The position numbers and the translations under genes are program-made. The notes beneath the pieces were generated by a model. That model was not told the origin of the DNA, made no database searches, and worked only from the letters and a program-made list of their open reading frames with translations. This document shows positions 1 to 9,456 of a stretch of 25,141 nt of DNA, one piece after another. The stretch's first letter is position 1, and the number at the start of each line of letters is the position of its first letter. This DNA comes from Octopus sinensis (Eukaryota), in assembly GCF_006345805.1 (NCBI RefSeq), contig NW_021836208.1, positions 1-25,141 on the forward strand, in the 5' to 3' direction.

Positions 1-81
1 GTTCCAATGAAGGAGCCTAGGATCTAGGCTAGAAACCGGCTCTTTCTCTATTGGCAAGAAATCTTGAAATAAAACTGAATA
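1..81 (+). mobile_element. Possible 3' end of a non-LTR retroelement (unclassified)
   Basis: Ends in AAATAAAACTGAATA (67-81) just before a (TACA)n array; resembles the 3' end AAATAAAACTACTGAATA of the R4/Dong-like fragment at 20577-20594. No coding evidence. Confidence 0.3.
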
Positions 82-84
82 GTG

Positions 85-275
85 ACATATATACATAAAT
101 ACGTACATACATACGTAATACATACATACATAAACAAACATACGTACATAAATGCAAACAACATGCATATATACATACGTACATACATACATGCATGCAT
201 GCATGCATACATACATACATACACACATACATACACACATACATGCGTACATACTATGTGTATACATATATATAC
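85..275. repeat. (TACA)n/(TA)n/(CA)n compound microsatellite
   Basis: Directly visible tandem TACA/CATG/TA units. Confidence 0.95.
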
Positions 276-527
276 ATTTGAAGGAAATATTTTGAAGTGG
301 CAATAGTGAAGAAATTACCGTCAATCATGGCTGAGTGGTTTCGTTGATGCTGTGTTTTTTTAGCAGCAGCAGCAACAGCAGCAGTAGTAGTATTAACAAC
401 AGCAGCAGCAGCAGCTTTATGTCAGTCCGTCGGCCCCATTGACCACAAATGGAATCGGCCAGTACCCGTCCTTACACAGCGATTTTGGACCGGTTTGCAG
501 TGGAAGCGGCTGATTTTATGTTTTTAT

Positions 528-1119
528 TTATTTACCATGAACGAACCTTTGCTTCATCATTATGATCTCCAGACCAAGCAGGAATCAATGGAGTAGTGCC
601 ACAGCGGTTCACTGCGTCCCAAGAAGTTTCGGACTCAGAAATCAGCTGGAAAGATTCAGTCTTCAATGTTCTGGGTCAAAGACAGAATACACCCCATGAA
701 ATACCTGCCAAAGAGTCGCACCATCATGTCTCTGTTGGAGGAACTGCGTGAAGCTTTGAAGCAGAAACGTCTTGGAAAGTTGAGCCGTGTGTCCTGTTTT
801 TGCAGGAATTGCCAACACGCACAGCGCATGAAACTACGGATAATATGCGACTTTGGCTTCGAACTGATAGACAACCTACCTCACGCTCCTCACTTGGCTC
901 CCCACTCTGACTATCATCTCTTTCCACAACTGAAGAAACATCTCAAGAAAACGAAATTTTACTCCAATTCGGAAGTGATTGTTGGTCTGGCTGGTGGTCC
1001 AGGGCCTAGAAAAACTCAGGGACCGCTGCAATAAGCTTGTGAACCTGAAAAGAGAGTATGTTGATCCTTATGTACATTCTATAAGCCCAGGGCCAGGAAA
1101 TTTTCAGCACCCTCTCGCA
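528..1119 (+). mobile_element. Degenerate mariner (Tc1/mariner DD34D) transposon, 3' half with right TIR
   Basis: Frame from 534: TMNEPLLHHYDLQTKQESME*CHSGSLRPKKFRTQKSAGK...LREALKQKRLGKLSR...HAPHLAPHSDYHLFPQLKKHLK, then (shifted) QGLEKLRDRCNKLVNLKREYVD to about 1065. Matches mariner motifs TMDETW and YSPDLAPSDYHLF. Stop at 594-596. TIR-like GCCAGGAAATTTTCAGCACCCTCTCGCA at 1092-1119. Confidence 0.9.
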
Positions 1120-1246
1120 TCTTCCATATTGGTATTCAAAGACAGGTGAAATATAATTTGAATTTGTTTCTAATATGTTCCCAAGGTGACATTCCAGGCC
1201 TGGGGAAGCCACTCTTCTTTTGGGCGTTGCTTATATCAAACTATTA

Positions 1247-1413
1247 CAGGAGTGGCTGTGTGGTAAGTAGCTTGCTAACCAGCCACATGGTTCTGGGTTC
1301 AGTCCCACTGCGTGGCATCTTGGGCAAGTGTCTTCTGCTATAGCCCCAGGCCGACCAATGCCTTGTGGGTGGATTTGGTAGACGGAAACTGAAAGAAACC
1401 TGTCGTATATATG

Positions 1414-1444
<31 letters not shown>

Positions 1445-1657
1445 TTGTGTGTCTGTATTTGTCTCCCTAGCATTGCTTGACAACCGATGCTGGTGTGTTT
1501 ACGTCCCCGTCACTTAGCGGTTCGGCAAAAGAGACCGATAGAATAAGTACTGGGCTTACAAAAGAATAAGTCCCGGGGTCGATTTGCTCGACTAAAGGCG
1601 GTGCTCCAGCATGGCCGCAGTCAAATGACTGAAACAAGTAAAAGAGTAAAAGAGTAA
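1247..1657 (+). mobile_element. tRNA-derived SINE family A (octopus OR-type, CORE-like domain), near full length
   Basis: A-box-like TGGCTGTGTGG, B-box GGTTCAGTCCC (1296-1306), CORE-like CTTGGGCAAGTGTCTT, internal (TA)n(TG)n, tail (GTAAAAGA)n; homologous copies at 8576 and 16913. Confidence 0.92.
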
Positions 1658-1719
1658 TACTTCATCTGATGTCAGCCACTCCACTGTTTTCGAGACGGCG
1701 GGACGGGTGGGTGGGTGGG

Positions 1720-1790
1720 GGGTGTCATTTGAGGGAGATATGATTGTTATTTCCTGAAGGTCGAGCAACCATGCAGAGGCACGCTCGACT
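1720..1790 (+). repeat. Fragment of unclassified interspersed repeat family D (3' part)
   Basis: TGTCATTTGAGGGAGA identical at 1723-1738 and 16027-16042; continues with a TG(C/T)TATTTC...GGTCG...AGAGGC motif shared with 15640-15690. Confidence 0.65.
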
Positions 1791-2061
1791 GTAGGAATAC
1801 CGAGATTGCAGCTATTTCTGGTCAGAAAGTCTGTTAATAAGAACTGTTTGAAAGCCAGGCAGCTTCTACCGATCTCTTGGTTACGTTTGAATTACCTGAA
1901 CGGCAAGCGATGGATTTTTGGTTAACAATAAAATAAAAAAAAAATAAATAAATAAAATAAAATAATATGAAATAAAATTCTATATAAAACAACACCAAAA
2001 GACCTTTCGAAAAATTAGCAATTAAAAACAAAAGTTATAAATGTAATAAATTCCGTTTATA

Positions 2062-2207
2062 TTTTATTTGTCATCACCACCACCACCACCACCAACACCA
2101 CCACCATCATCATCATCATCATCATCATCATAATCATCATCATCATCATCATATCATCATCATCATCATCATCATCATCACATCATCATCATCATCATCA
2201 TCATCAT

Positions 2208-2269
<62 letters not shown>

Positions 2270-2298
2270 CTATTATTATTATTATTATTATTATTATT
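2062..2298. repeat. (CAC)n(CAT)n(TAT)n trinucleotide array
   Basis: Directly visible. Confidence 0.95.
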
Positions 2299-2379
2299 GA
2301 TGTCTAATTCCAAACTTTTTCCCCGTTATTTTCCGTTTGTTTTTCTTTTGTCTTTTCCTGACAAATATCATAAAAGTTC

Positions 2380-2640
2380 AATCGATTTGTTGTTGTCTTT
2401 GTTATTGCATCGTTGTGTTTGTTGGTGTTTTTGTTGATGATGGTGGCGGTCTGGTGGTGGTGGTGGTGGTGGAGGTGGTGGCGGTGGTAGCATTCCAGTT
2501 GTTGATGTTTTATTGCTATTAACTTTGTTATCGCCATTGCTCTTGCTATTTTTATTGTTGTTGTTATTGTTGTTGTTGTTGTTGTTGTGGCTATTATTGC
2601 TTCCATTGTTGTTGCTGATATTCCCGTAGTTGTTATTGAT
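2380..2640. repeat. (TGT)n/(TGG)n degenerate trinucleotide array
   Basis: Directly visible. Confidence 0.85.
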
Positions 2641-2919
2641 GTAACTTTTGTATTTTTTTTTTATATATATTTCTATTTTTAAAAAAATTTTATTTTGAGA
2701 TTTTAATTTTTCTTTCTTTCCAAAACGGGAAACCATTTTCCAAGAGACGCTAATTCCTCACCGAATCTATCACTGGAATATCAATTAACAACACGCTTAA
2801 TTGGATTTTATTTTCACTTTGATTTAATTGAGCTTTTCAACGTAACATTGGCCGCAATGAGAGCAGTCTCCCTCCCACCTCAGTCCCCAACCCCACCGAT
2901 CACAAATACCATCAAACAT

Positions 2920-3147
2920 GTGGTTATGGTCGTGGTGGTGGTGGTGGTGGTGGTAGTAGCGGCAGCTGCAGCAACAGCAGCAGCAGTTGTAGTACAACAA
3001 TCGGACTATCACTGCTACCCACGACGACTACGACGTCGACCACCACCACCACCACATTACCACCACCACCACCACCACCACCACCATCTCCACCGCAATC
3101 ACTTTTCTTCCTGTCGACAGGTATTGATCACCGATCCCAGTTCCATA

Positions 3148-3188
<41 letters not shown>

Positions 3189-3510
3189 AGACTTTAAGGT
3201 CACTAGCCTCACCTAACCAATCACCACCACCACCACCACACCCACCACCACCACAACCACCACCACCACCACCACGAACAACAACAACAACAGTAATAAC
3301 AATATCAGCAGCAGTATTCCTACAAAATCTTGTAACAAAATGCAAATCTGTAACCTAGACAAACTCCGCCATGTTAACCCCCGTCGTCACTTCCATCGTC
3401 ACCACCACAATCAGTACCACCGCAACCATTACCGTAACTATACTAGAACTCCGCCATCGCCCTCCCCCACCACAACCCTCCAACCTCCTCCGCCGCCTCC
3501 ATCCACGCCC
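2920..3510. repeat. Compound (GTG)/(CAG)/(CAC)/(TAC)/(AAC) low-complexity region
   Basis: Directly visible; explains the poly-V/H/T/P ORFs. Confidence 0.85.
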
Positions 3511-3656
3511 GCATTTAATATTCTGAGAACACAAATGCACAAAATCTCACCCTTTAACCTTTCTCAGTTCTTTACGTCCATTTCTAACATTTTTCGCTTC
3601 ATTTCTCTCATCCTTCAAATATCCTTTAATACCTTCATACGTGACACTAATCGCAC

Positions 3657-3657
3657 G

Positions 3658-3714
<57 letters not shown>

Positions 3715-3716
3715 AG
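3657..3716. repeat. (CA)n microsatellite
   Basis: Directly visible. Confidence 0.95.
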
Positions 3717-4038
3717 AGAGAGGACAGCGATATGCACACCCTCCACATACGTACACACATTTCACACCTTATACCAAATATATCTGACTATCTCCTGTAA
3801 GTTCTAAAGACACTGAATCCTTTACAAGCGACCCAATCTTTTACTCCTCCTTTCTTTATACTCTATAGATATGTGATTATCTGTTCATATCTTTTAGGAA
3901 TGAAACCTATAAAAGAGACAGACTCAATTCTTACCGTCAGTGGTGCCGGCGCAGCGAATCTGTCATCATATATAATACAATGGATATTAAAAAAATTAGG
4001 AAGAACAGTTTGAGAAACATGATATTAGTAAGAGAGTT

Positions 4039-4074
4039 TCTTAACGTTTCGGATGTTAGTCCGTCTTCAGAAAA
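4039..4074 (-). ncRNA. Minimal type I hammerhead-ribozyme-like motif, probable Penelope-like element relic
   Basis: Minus strand TTTT-CTGAAGA-C-GGA(CTAACA)TCC-GAAA-CGT-T-AAGA: canonical core, 3-bp stem II, palindromic ACGT stem III, weak 4-bp stem I. Confidence 0.65.
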
Positions 4075-4519
4075 TAAGAAGCATAGGTAAAGTGAGATAG
4101 AGAAATAGTGAGTGTATAAAAAAGGCAAAGGACGTGGATGGAAGGTAAAGGGATGATGTTCTGCGAGGAGTGTTTAGAAGAGAAGGCTGGATGCGTAGAT
4201 GAATGAATCAGAGTGTATCTTTGTTTCAAACGCACATAAGGAGTATGGTCCGCGCGCGTTGTGCATATGCGTGTATGTGTGCGCGCGCGTTAATGTAATG
4301 GATATATGAATGTGTGCAAGTATGGTGAAAGTTCGTTTATCGGGTTGTCGGGGTGTACGTGTGCCTAATTGTTAGATGGGTAATGTGGAAGGGTGTTTGG
4401 GAGGATGTGTGTGGCATAAAGGAGTTGAAGAAGCAAATGAGATGGTAAGTGCATGGTGTAAAACGTTATTCATGTGTATGCAAGTGCGTAAACAATAGCA
4501 AATACATACAAAAAGCGTG

Positions 4520-4551
4520 CAAACATATACGCATATATATATAATATATAT

Positions 4552-4595
<44 letters not shown>

Positions 4596-4627
4596 ATTAT
4601 ATATATATATATACATATATATATATA
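4520..4627. repeat. (TA)n microsatellite
   Basis: Directly visible. Confidence 0.95.
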
Positions 4628-4905
4628 CAATTGCAGCGTGGAAGGTGTTTATAAGCCATTTAAGAAACACACAAAAGCCGTTCGATTCACTTCAACATTT
4701 AAGTTTAATGTTTCAGACTTTGTCAGTGAACAGGTCGCGGATTTTAGCGACGAAAATATTTTGACAAATTAAACTTAAATGTTGAAGTGAATCGAACGGC
4801 TTTTGTGTGTTTCTTAAATGGCTTATAAACACCTTCCACGCTGCAATTGTTTTCGTTTCAGCACACGATCTCAGATCAAATTACTTGCTATTCGGGTACA
4901 TCTCC
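4627..4905 (+). mobile_element. Probable Penelope-like pseudo-LTR fragment with inverted 5' arm (copy 1)
   Basis: Perfect 83-bp inverted repeat 4627-4709/4768-4850 enclosing a hammerhead-like motif, followed by a 55-bp extension; homologous to 12518-12762. PLE assignment is inferred from architecture only. Confidence 0.65.
4719..4768 (+). ncRNA. Variant minimal hammerhead-ribozyme-like motif (G3-C8 core)
   Basis: TTTGTCA-GTGAACA-G-GTCGC(GGATTTTA)GCGAC-GAA-AATATT-T-TGACAAA: 7-bp stem I, 5-bp stem II, palindromic AATATT stem III. Confidence 0.7.
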
Positions 4906-4935
4906 ATATATATACACGTATATATACACACATTC

Positions 4936-5029
<94 letters not shown>

Positions 5030-5042
5030 ATATATATATATG
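4906..5042. repeat. (TA)n microsatellite
   Basis: Directly visible. Confidence 0.95.
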
Positions 5043-5214
5043 AACCCATATACACATACAGGCATAAAATAACGCAATACAAAACAAAAAAAAATCAGTT
5101 GTTACTAATTGAGATTGAGGGTAGAACCCATACTGCTAGAAATAAGAGTTAAAAACCCCTTAAAGCCGCAAGAGAGCACGTTTTCATATGCTGATAGGGA
5201 ACAGTGAGCGAGAT

Positions 5215-5259
5215 GACTATTCTAGTCTTGTTTCACTTGAAATTACAAGTGGTCATCAG
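5215..5259 (-). ncRNA. Degenerate hammerhead-like motif
   Basis: Minus strand CTGATGA-CC-ACTTG(TAATTT)CAAGT-GAAAC...GTC; stem I not formed at the junction. Confidence 0.35.
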
Positions 5260-5510
5260 TAGTGACCACTCCATCGCTGGATGGTTTGGCTAAATCCCGA
5301 CTGTCAGTAAATAGTATTTAGACATATAAATATATGCCATATTCAGCAAAATGCTAACGTGAAAATAATAAAATAACGAAGGCAACTATATGTAATATAA
5401 AATCAAAAACAAAAAATTCAATTGTCACTAATTGTGACTAAGGTTGCAGGGTAGCATCTACATTGCTAGGAATTAGAGCTAAAAAAACCCTGATATATAT
5501 ATATATATAT

Positions 5511-5970
5511 AACCTCATCAACAGTACAGTTCTACCTGCAATGTTATATGGTAGTGAAACATGGGCTACGACAAAAAGAGAAGAGCAGAGACTGGTAACG
5601 GCCCAAAGAGCCATGGAAAGGTCAATGCTTGGTCTCTCGTTGAGAGAGCACATCAGTAGCGAGATCATCAGAAAGAAGTCCGGCGTGAGGGATGTCATCG
5701 CAGAGTATACACGCAGCAAGTTTAGGTGGGCTGGACACGTCGCCCGGCTCACCGATAATCGGTGGACCCGCGCAGTTGTCGAGTGGTACCCGCGCGAGCG
5801 GAAACGACCACCCGGAATGCACCCACGACGGTGGAGTTACGATTTCAGGAGGACGATTGGGATCACGTGGATGAGAAAGGCGCGATCCAGAGAGGAGTGG
5901 ACAGCGTGCTGTTACTAGCGGTGTCAAATGGACGCCCGACGGACTGGTCGGTCAAGGTGATCAAGGTGAT
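5511..5970 (+). mobile_element. 5'-truncated RTE-clade LINE, ORF2 C-terminus plus 3' UTR
   Basis: Uninterrupted frame NLINSTVLPAMLYGSETW...RWAGHVAR..NRWTRAVVEWYPRERKRP.G..RRW...WMRKARSREEW, stop 5916-5918; 3' hairpin CCGAC-GGACTG-GTCGG (5936-5951) and tandem tail (TCAAGGTGA)x2. Confidence 0.93.
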
Positions 5971-5988
5971 ATATACACACACACACAC

Positions 5989-6050
<62 letters not shown>
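5971..6050. repeat. (CA)n microsatellite
   Basis: Directly visible. Confidence 0.95.
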
Positions 6051-6052
<2 letters not shown>

Positions 6053-6534
6053 CTCACATACTTACGCGTTAAATCTGTTAAATATTTCGTATCTCTGTAC
6101 ACGATATTTTCGATTTGCAGACTGGATAAATGAAAATATTAACTATAGAAAAAAAAAAAAATTCTCAAAGCGCCAGTAATCAGTATGATATGAGTCTGGC
6201 ATTATGACTTCTTTGGAAGAAATCTTTCATTAAACCATTTGAAGTCCGAATAATCCAACAGACAATTTAATTCAGAATTTAATTCAGAAAATGTTCGAGT
6301 GATTTCTGTTGAGAAAACTGTCAGACGTAACTGTTTATATAACATTTAAAACAATATCAGATGAGGTAGAGCAACAACAGTGGACAACGGGTGCAGAATC
6401 TCTTGGCGATTCAATCATTTCTATAGTTATTGCAAGCGTATAGAATCGGGATACTGAACTGGTTCAAACGTTTAGAACCACGAAAAAGTTACCTTACAAG
6501 TTTTTTCTTTGTTTATTCAGATCTTGCCAAAGTT

Positions 6535-6656
6535 TCCTCGGCCTTACATCCCTTCTAGTGGTCGATAAAATAAAGTATAAGTCAACTAGTGTAGTCGATA
6601 ATATCAAATCAACGCCTCCTATCAAAATAACTAGCCTCGTACCTAAATTAGAAACC
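6535..6656 (+). mobile_element. Old, diverged SINE family B 3' half
   Basis: CCTTACATCCCTTCTAGTGGTCGATAAAATAAAGTAT...AAATTAGAAACC aligns loosely to the family B body and tail (cf. 17803-17900 reverse). Confidence 0.6.
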
Positions 6657-6790
6657 ATTATATTAATATGGAATAATCGCATTCTTTTAAAGTAAAAAAG
6701 AAAAAGAAAAAGGCCTTCAAACAATATTGAAGAATACAATTGGCCAAAAGGAAATCGTTTGAACGATATCGAAAAAAATGTTCTCGAGAT

Positions 6791-6933
6791 GCTGGTGAAG
6801 CTGTGTGATAAGAAGCTTGCTTCTCATCCATGGGATCTTGGCACGGCAGCTTAGGTAAATGTCTTTTATTATAGACCCCGGGTCGATTAAAGCATTTTTG
6901 GGTGGGTTTGATTGAGGGAAGCTGAAAAAAACT
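6791..6933 (+). mobile_element. Diverged SINE family A 5' half
   Basis: GCTGTGTGATAAGAAGCTTGCTT...AAATGTCTTTTATTATAG...GCTGAAAAAAACTC aligns to the head of the 1247 copy and runs into the family's internal microsatellite. Confidence 0.7.
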
Positions 6934-6979
<46 letters not shown>

Positions 6980-7135
6980 CATACATACATACATACATAC
7001 ATACATACATACATACATACATAATTGCATACATACATATGTGTATGTATGTGTGTGTATGTGCGTGTGTGTGTGTGCGTGCGTATGTCTTACGTCTATG
7101 TGTGTGTGTGTGTGTGTTGTGTGTGTGTGTGTGTG
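6934..7135. repeat. (CA)(TA)(TACA)(TG) compound microsatellite
   Basis: Directly visible. Confidence 0.95.
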
Positions 7136-7149
7136 GTGCGTGCTGCTTT

Positions 7150-8300
7150 ATCAGGAATCAGTGCAGAGAAGTCGAATTGGATTCCAACAAAATTTTCAAC
7201 AATTTTGACTAAAGGATCGTCTTTATTACCTCTGTGCTTCCACAACCGAAACTTTCCATTTAATGAAACGTAGATCAGTTGTTCATTCTTGTAGCTGTGT
7301 TTCGAGTAAAAGCGGAGAGAAGTTCATTATGTGTTGAGTTCGTTGATGAACACAACAAGAATCGTACCCAACGTAAAGTCTTAAGGGAAACTGATTCCCA
7401 TGCAGGGATCAGTACACGTTTAGACTCTAGAGGTAATGTCACAGTTTTCTAAACTATAGCAACGAAACGCTTGAGGAAGTGTGACTAGTTGGGACACGCT
7501 TATCATATAAGAAAATATTTAGTTCGTAAGACCTAATGGAAGTATTTCGATCTAAATGGGCATATATGGATTAAACGAAACTAGAAAATAACGCGGTCAA
7601 ATAAAAGACTTTAAAAAATGAAAGGAAAATGAGAGGTGATGAAAAAATGCTACAAGGGAAAGTAAACAAGAAACGGGAGTATCCGTCGACAACAATCACC
7701 AGATATTGTTTCTGGACGACGAAGGTAACGGCTCGGTGCTTTTGTAGAGACAAAGGATTGCATAGACGTGATTTGGTTGTAGAAGACAGTGTTATGGCTT
7801 TAATTTTCGACAAAATTGGCCTCCAGGAACAACATGGTTAATGTCATTATCTTTGAATATGAAAGATCTCGGGTGCAAAGAAAATGATTCACCCTTGTAA
7901 AGCTATGGTGACAGAAACATTTGCAGAGTTCTAAGAGGCCATCCCGCGAAGCAGCATCGCAAAAATCTTGCATTAGACCCAGAATGATGGGTCCTTTAAT
8001 GCAACAAAATGGCATGAGCTTTAATTGCCATTCTGAGATTACTTAGCTTTAAGATAATGGAGCAATTTTTCTGACCGAGAATCGATTGCTACAGGTCAAC
8101 GACTTTGATTAGAAACGGTCCCGATGTTAAGCACTGAAGCGTCTGATAATAAGTAAAATATTTTCGTCTACTTTTTCCCTCGCAGACTTCTTCATAACTC
8201 CTTTCAAGTCATTGATTATAGGTGTCTTTGAGAGCGAAAACTGAGCATTAGCTAGATGTCCTTATTTCAGAGACATGAAGAATCCATCGATAATTATAAG
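7150..8300 (-). mobile_element. Decayed Gypsy/Ty3-like LTR retrotransposon pol (RNase H end, integrase zinc-binding and DDE core, C-terminus)
   Basis: Manual minus-strand translation across frameshifts: SAREKV..I..IRRF, VISEWQLKLMPF, LLELCKCFCHHSFTRVNHFLCTRDLSYS, QFCRKLKP, YLVIVVDGYSRFLFTFPC (D at 7685-7687), IYAHLDRNTS..SYELNIFL.DKRVPTSHT (D at 7550-7552), KTVTLPLESK...WESV...LRWVRFLLCSSTNSTHNE, KHRGNKDDPLVKIVE. RNase H then integrase order. The end near 8300 is approximate. Confidence 0.85.
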
Positions 8301-8575
8301 CGAACAGACACATAATACTTGATAAGGACTATTTATTAGAAGGCACAAGCGTTTTTTTGCAGTGAAGAGTTTGACGCAAAGGATTGCATTTCACTATGGA
8401 TAATCGGATAAACGTGAATGGCCGCATTTTATTATGGATGGTGTAGTGACCCGAAACGCAGCTGGGTTCGATTGGAAATGTACGTTTATTGTTATCGAAT
8501 GCCATATTAGATTTAAAGCAAGTTTTAAGAATTTGGATACGTTTTTGTTATATTTTTATTTGTTGTTACCACATA

Positions 8576-9108
<533 letters not shown>

Positions 9109-9422
9109 TATGGTGACGTCATTTAAACAAGTGTCCATGCCTTCCAACACATTTTTTTCTATTAAGATTGTATTATAACTGTTTGAAAACAGGTAATATA
9201 TCTTGAAAGAGCAAAACTAAGAGGTTTGAACTGAAACAACTGACCCCTTGCCCCGAAAGCTGTAAATATTTTCTCATTAAACTAGAAGGACATTAAGGGC
9301 ATCAAGTTCATCAGTTTCGGAAGGCCTACAAGGCTCATGCGCATTGTCCCTTCCTACAGACTCAGCATTAAAACAAAAAAATCCCTAGAAGAGTGGTTTG
9401 CATCCCTGTGTATTTTTTTCAG

Positions 9423-9456
9423 GCGATATTTTGCTAAGTTGTATTAAGCTGAGTAG
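9423..9456 (+). other. Candidate short internal exon of an unidentified host gene
   Basis: TTTTTTTCAG|G acceptor and AG|GTAAGC donor; only one frame open (xDILLSCIKLS); lies in non-repetitive sequence. Confidence 0.3.

Noticed and set aside
1247-1320. tRNA gene suggested by A and B boxes (also other SINE heads)
   Set aside because: No full cloverleaf; the heads continue into SINE bodies
1231-1483. Recurrent ORFs MSSNARETNTD.../MLGRQ... (also 8780-9068, 16923-17324)
   Set aside because: Antisense translations of SINE A
2304-3807. Several 100-155 aa ORFs
   Set aside because: Homopolymeric translations of triplet and dinucleotide repeats
8430-8475. GGT-GTAGTG-ACC-CGAAACGC as another hammerhead
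   Set aside because: No recognisable CUGANGA-type core or stem I
9305-9322. GAAACTGATGA on the minus strand
   Set aside because: Core elements overlap directly, leaving no room for stems I and III
9286-9447. 53-codon open frame KDIKGIKFISFGRPTRLMRIV...
   Set aside because: No recognisable family, no matching donor before the stop; expected by chance
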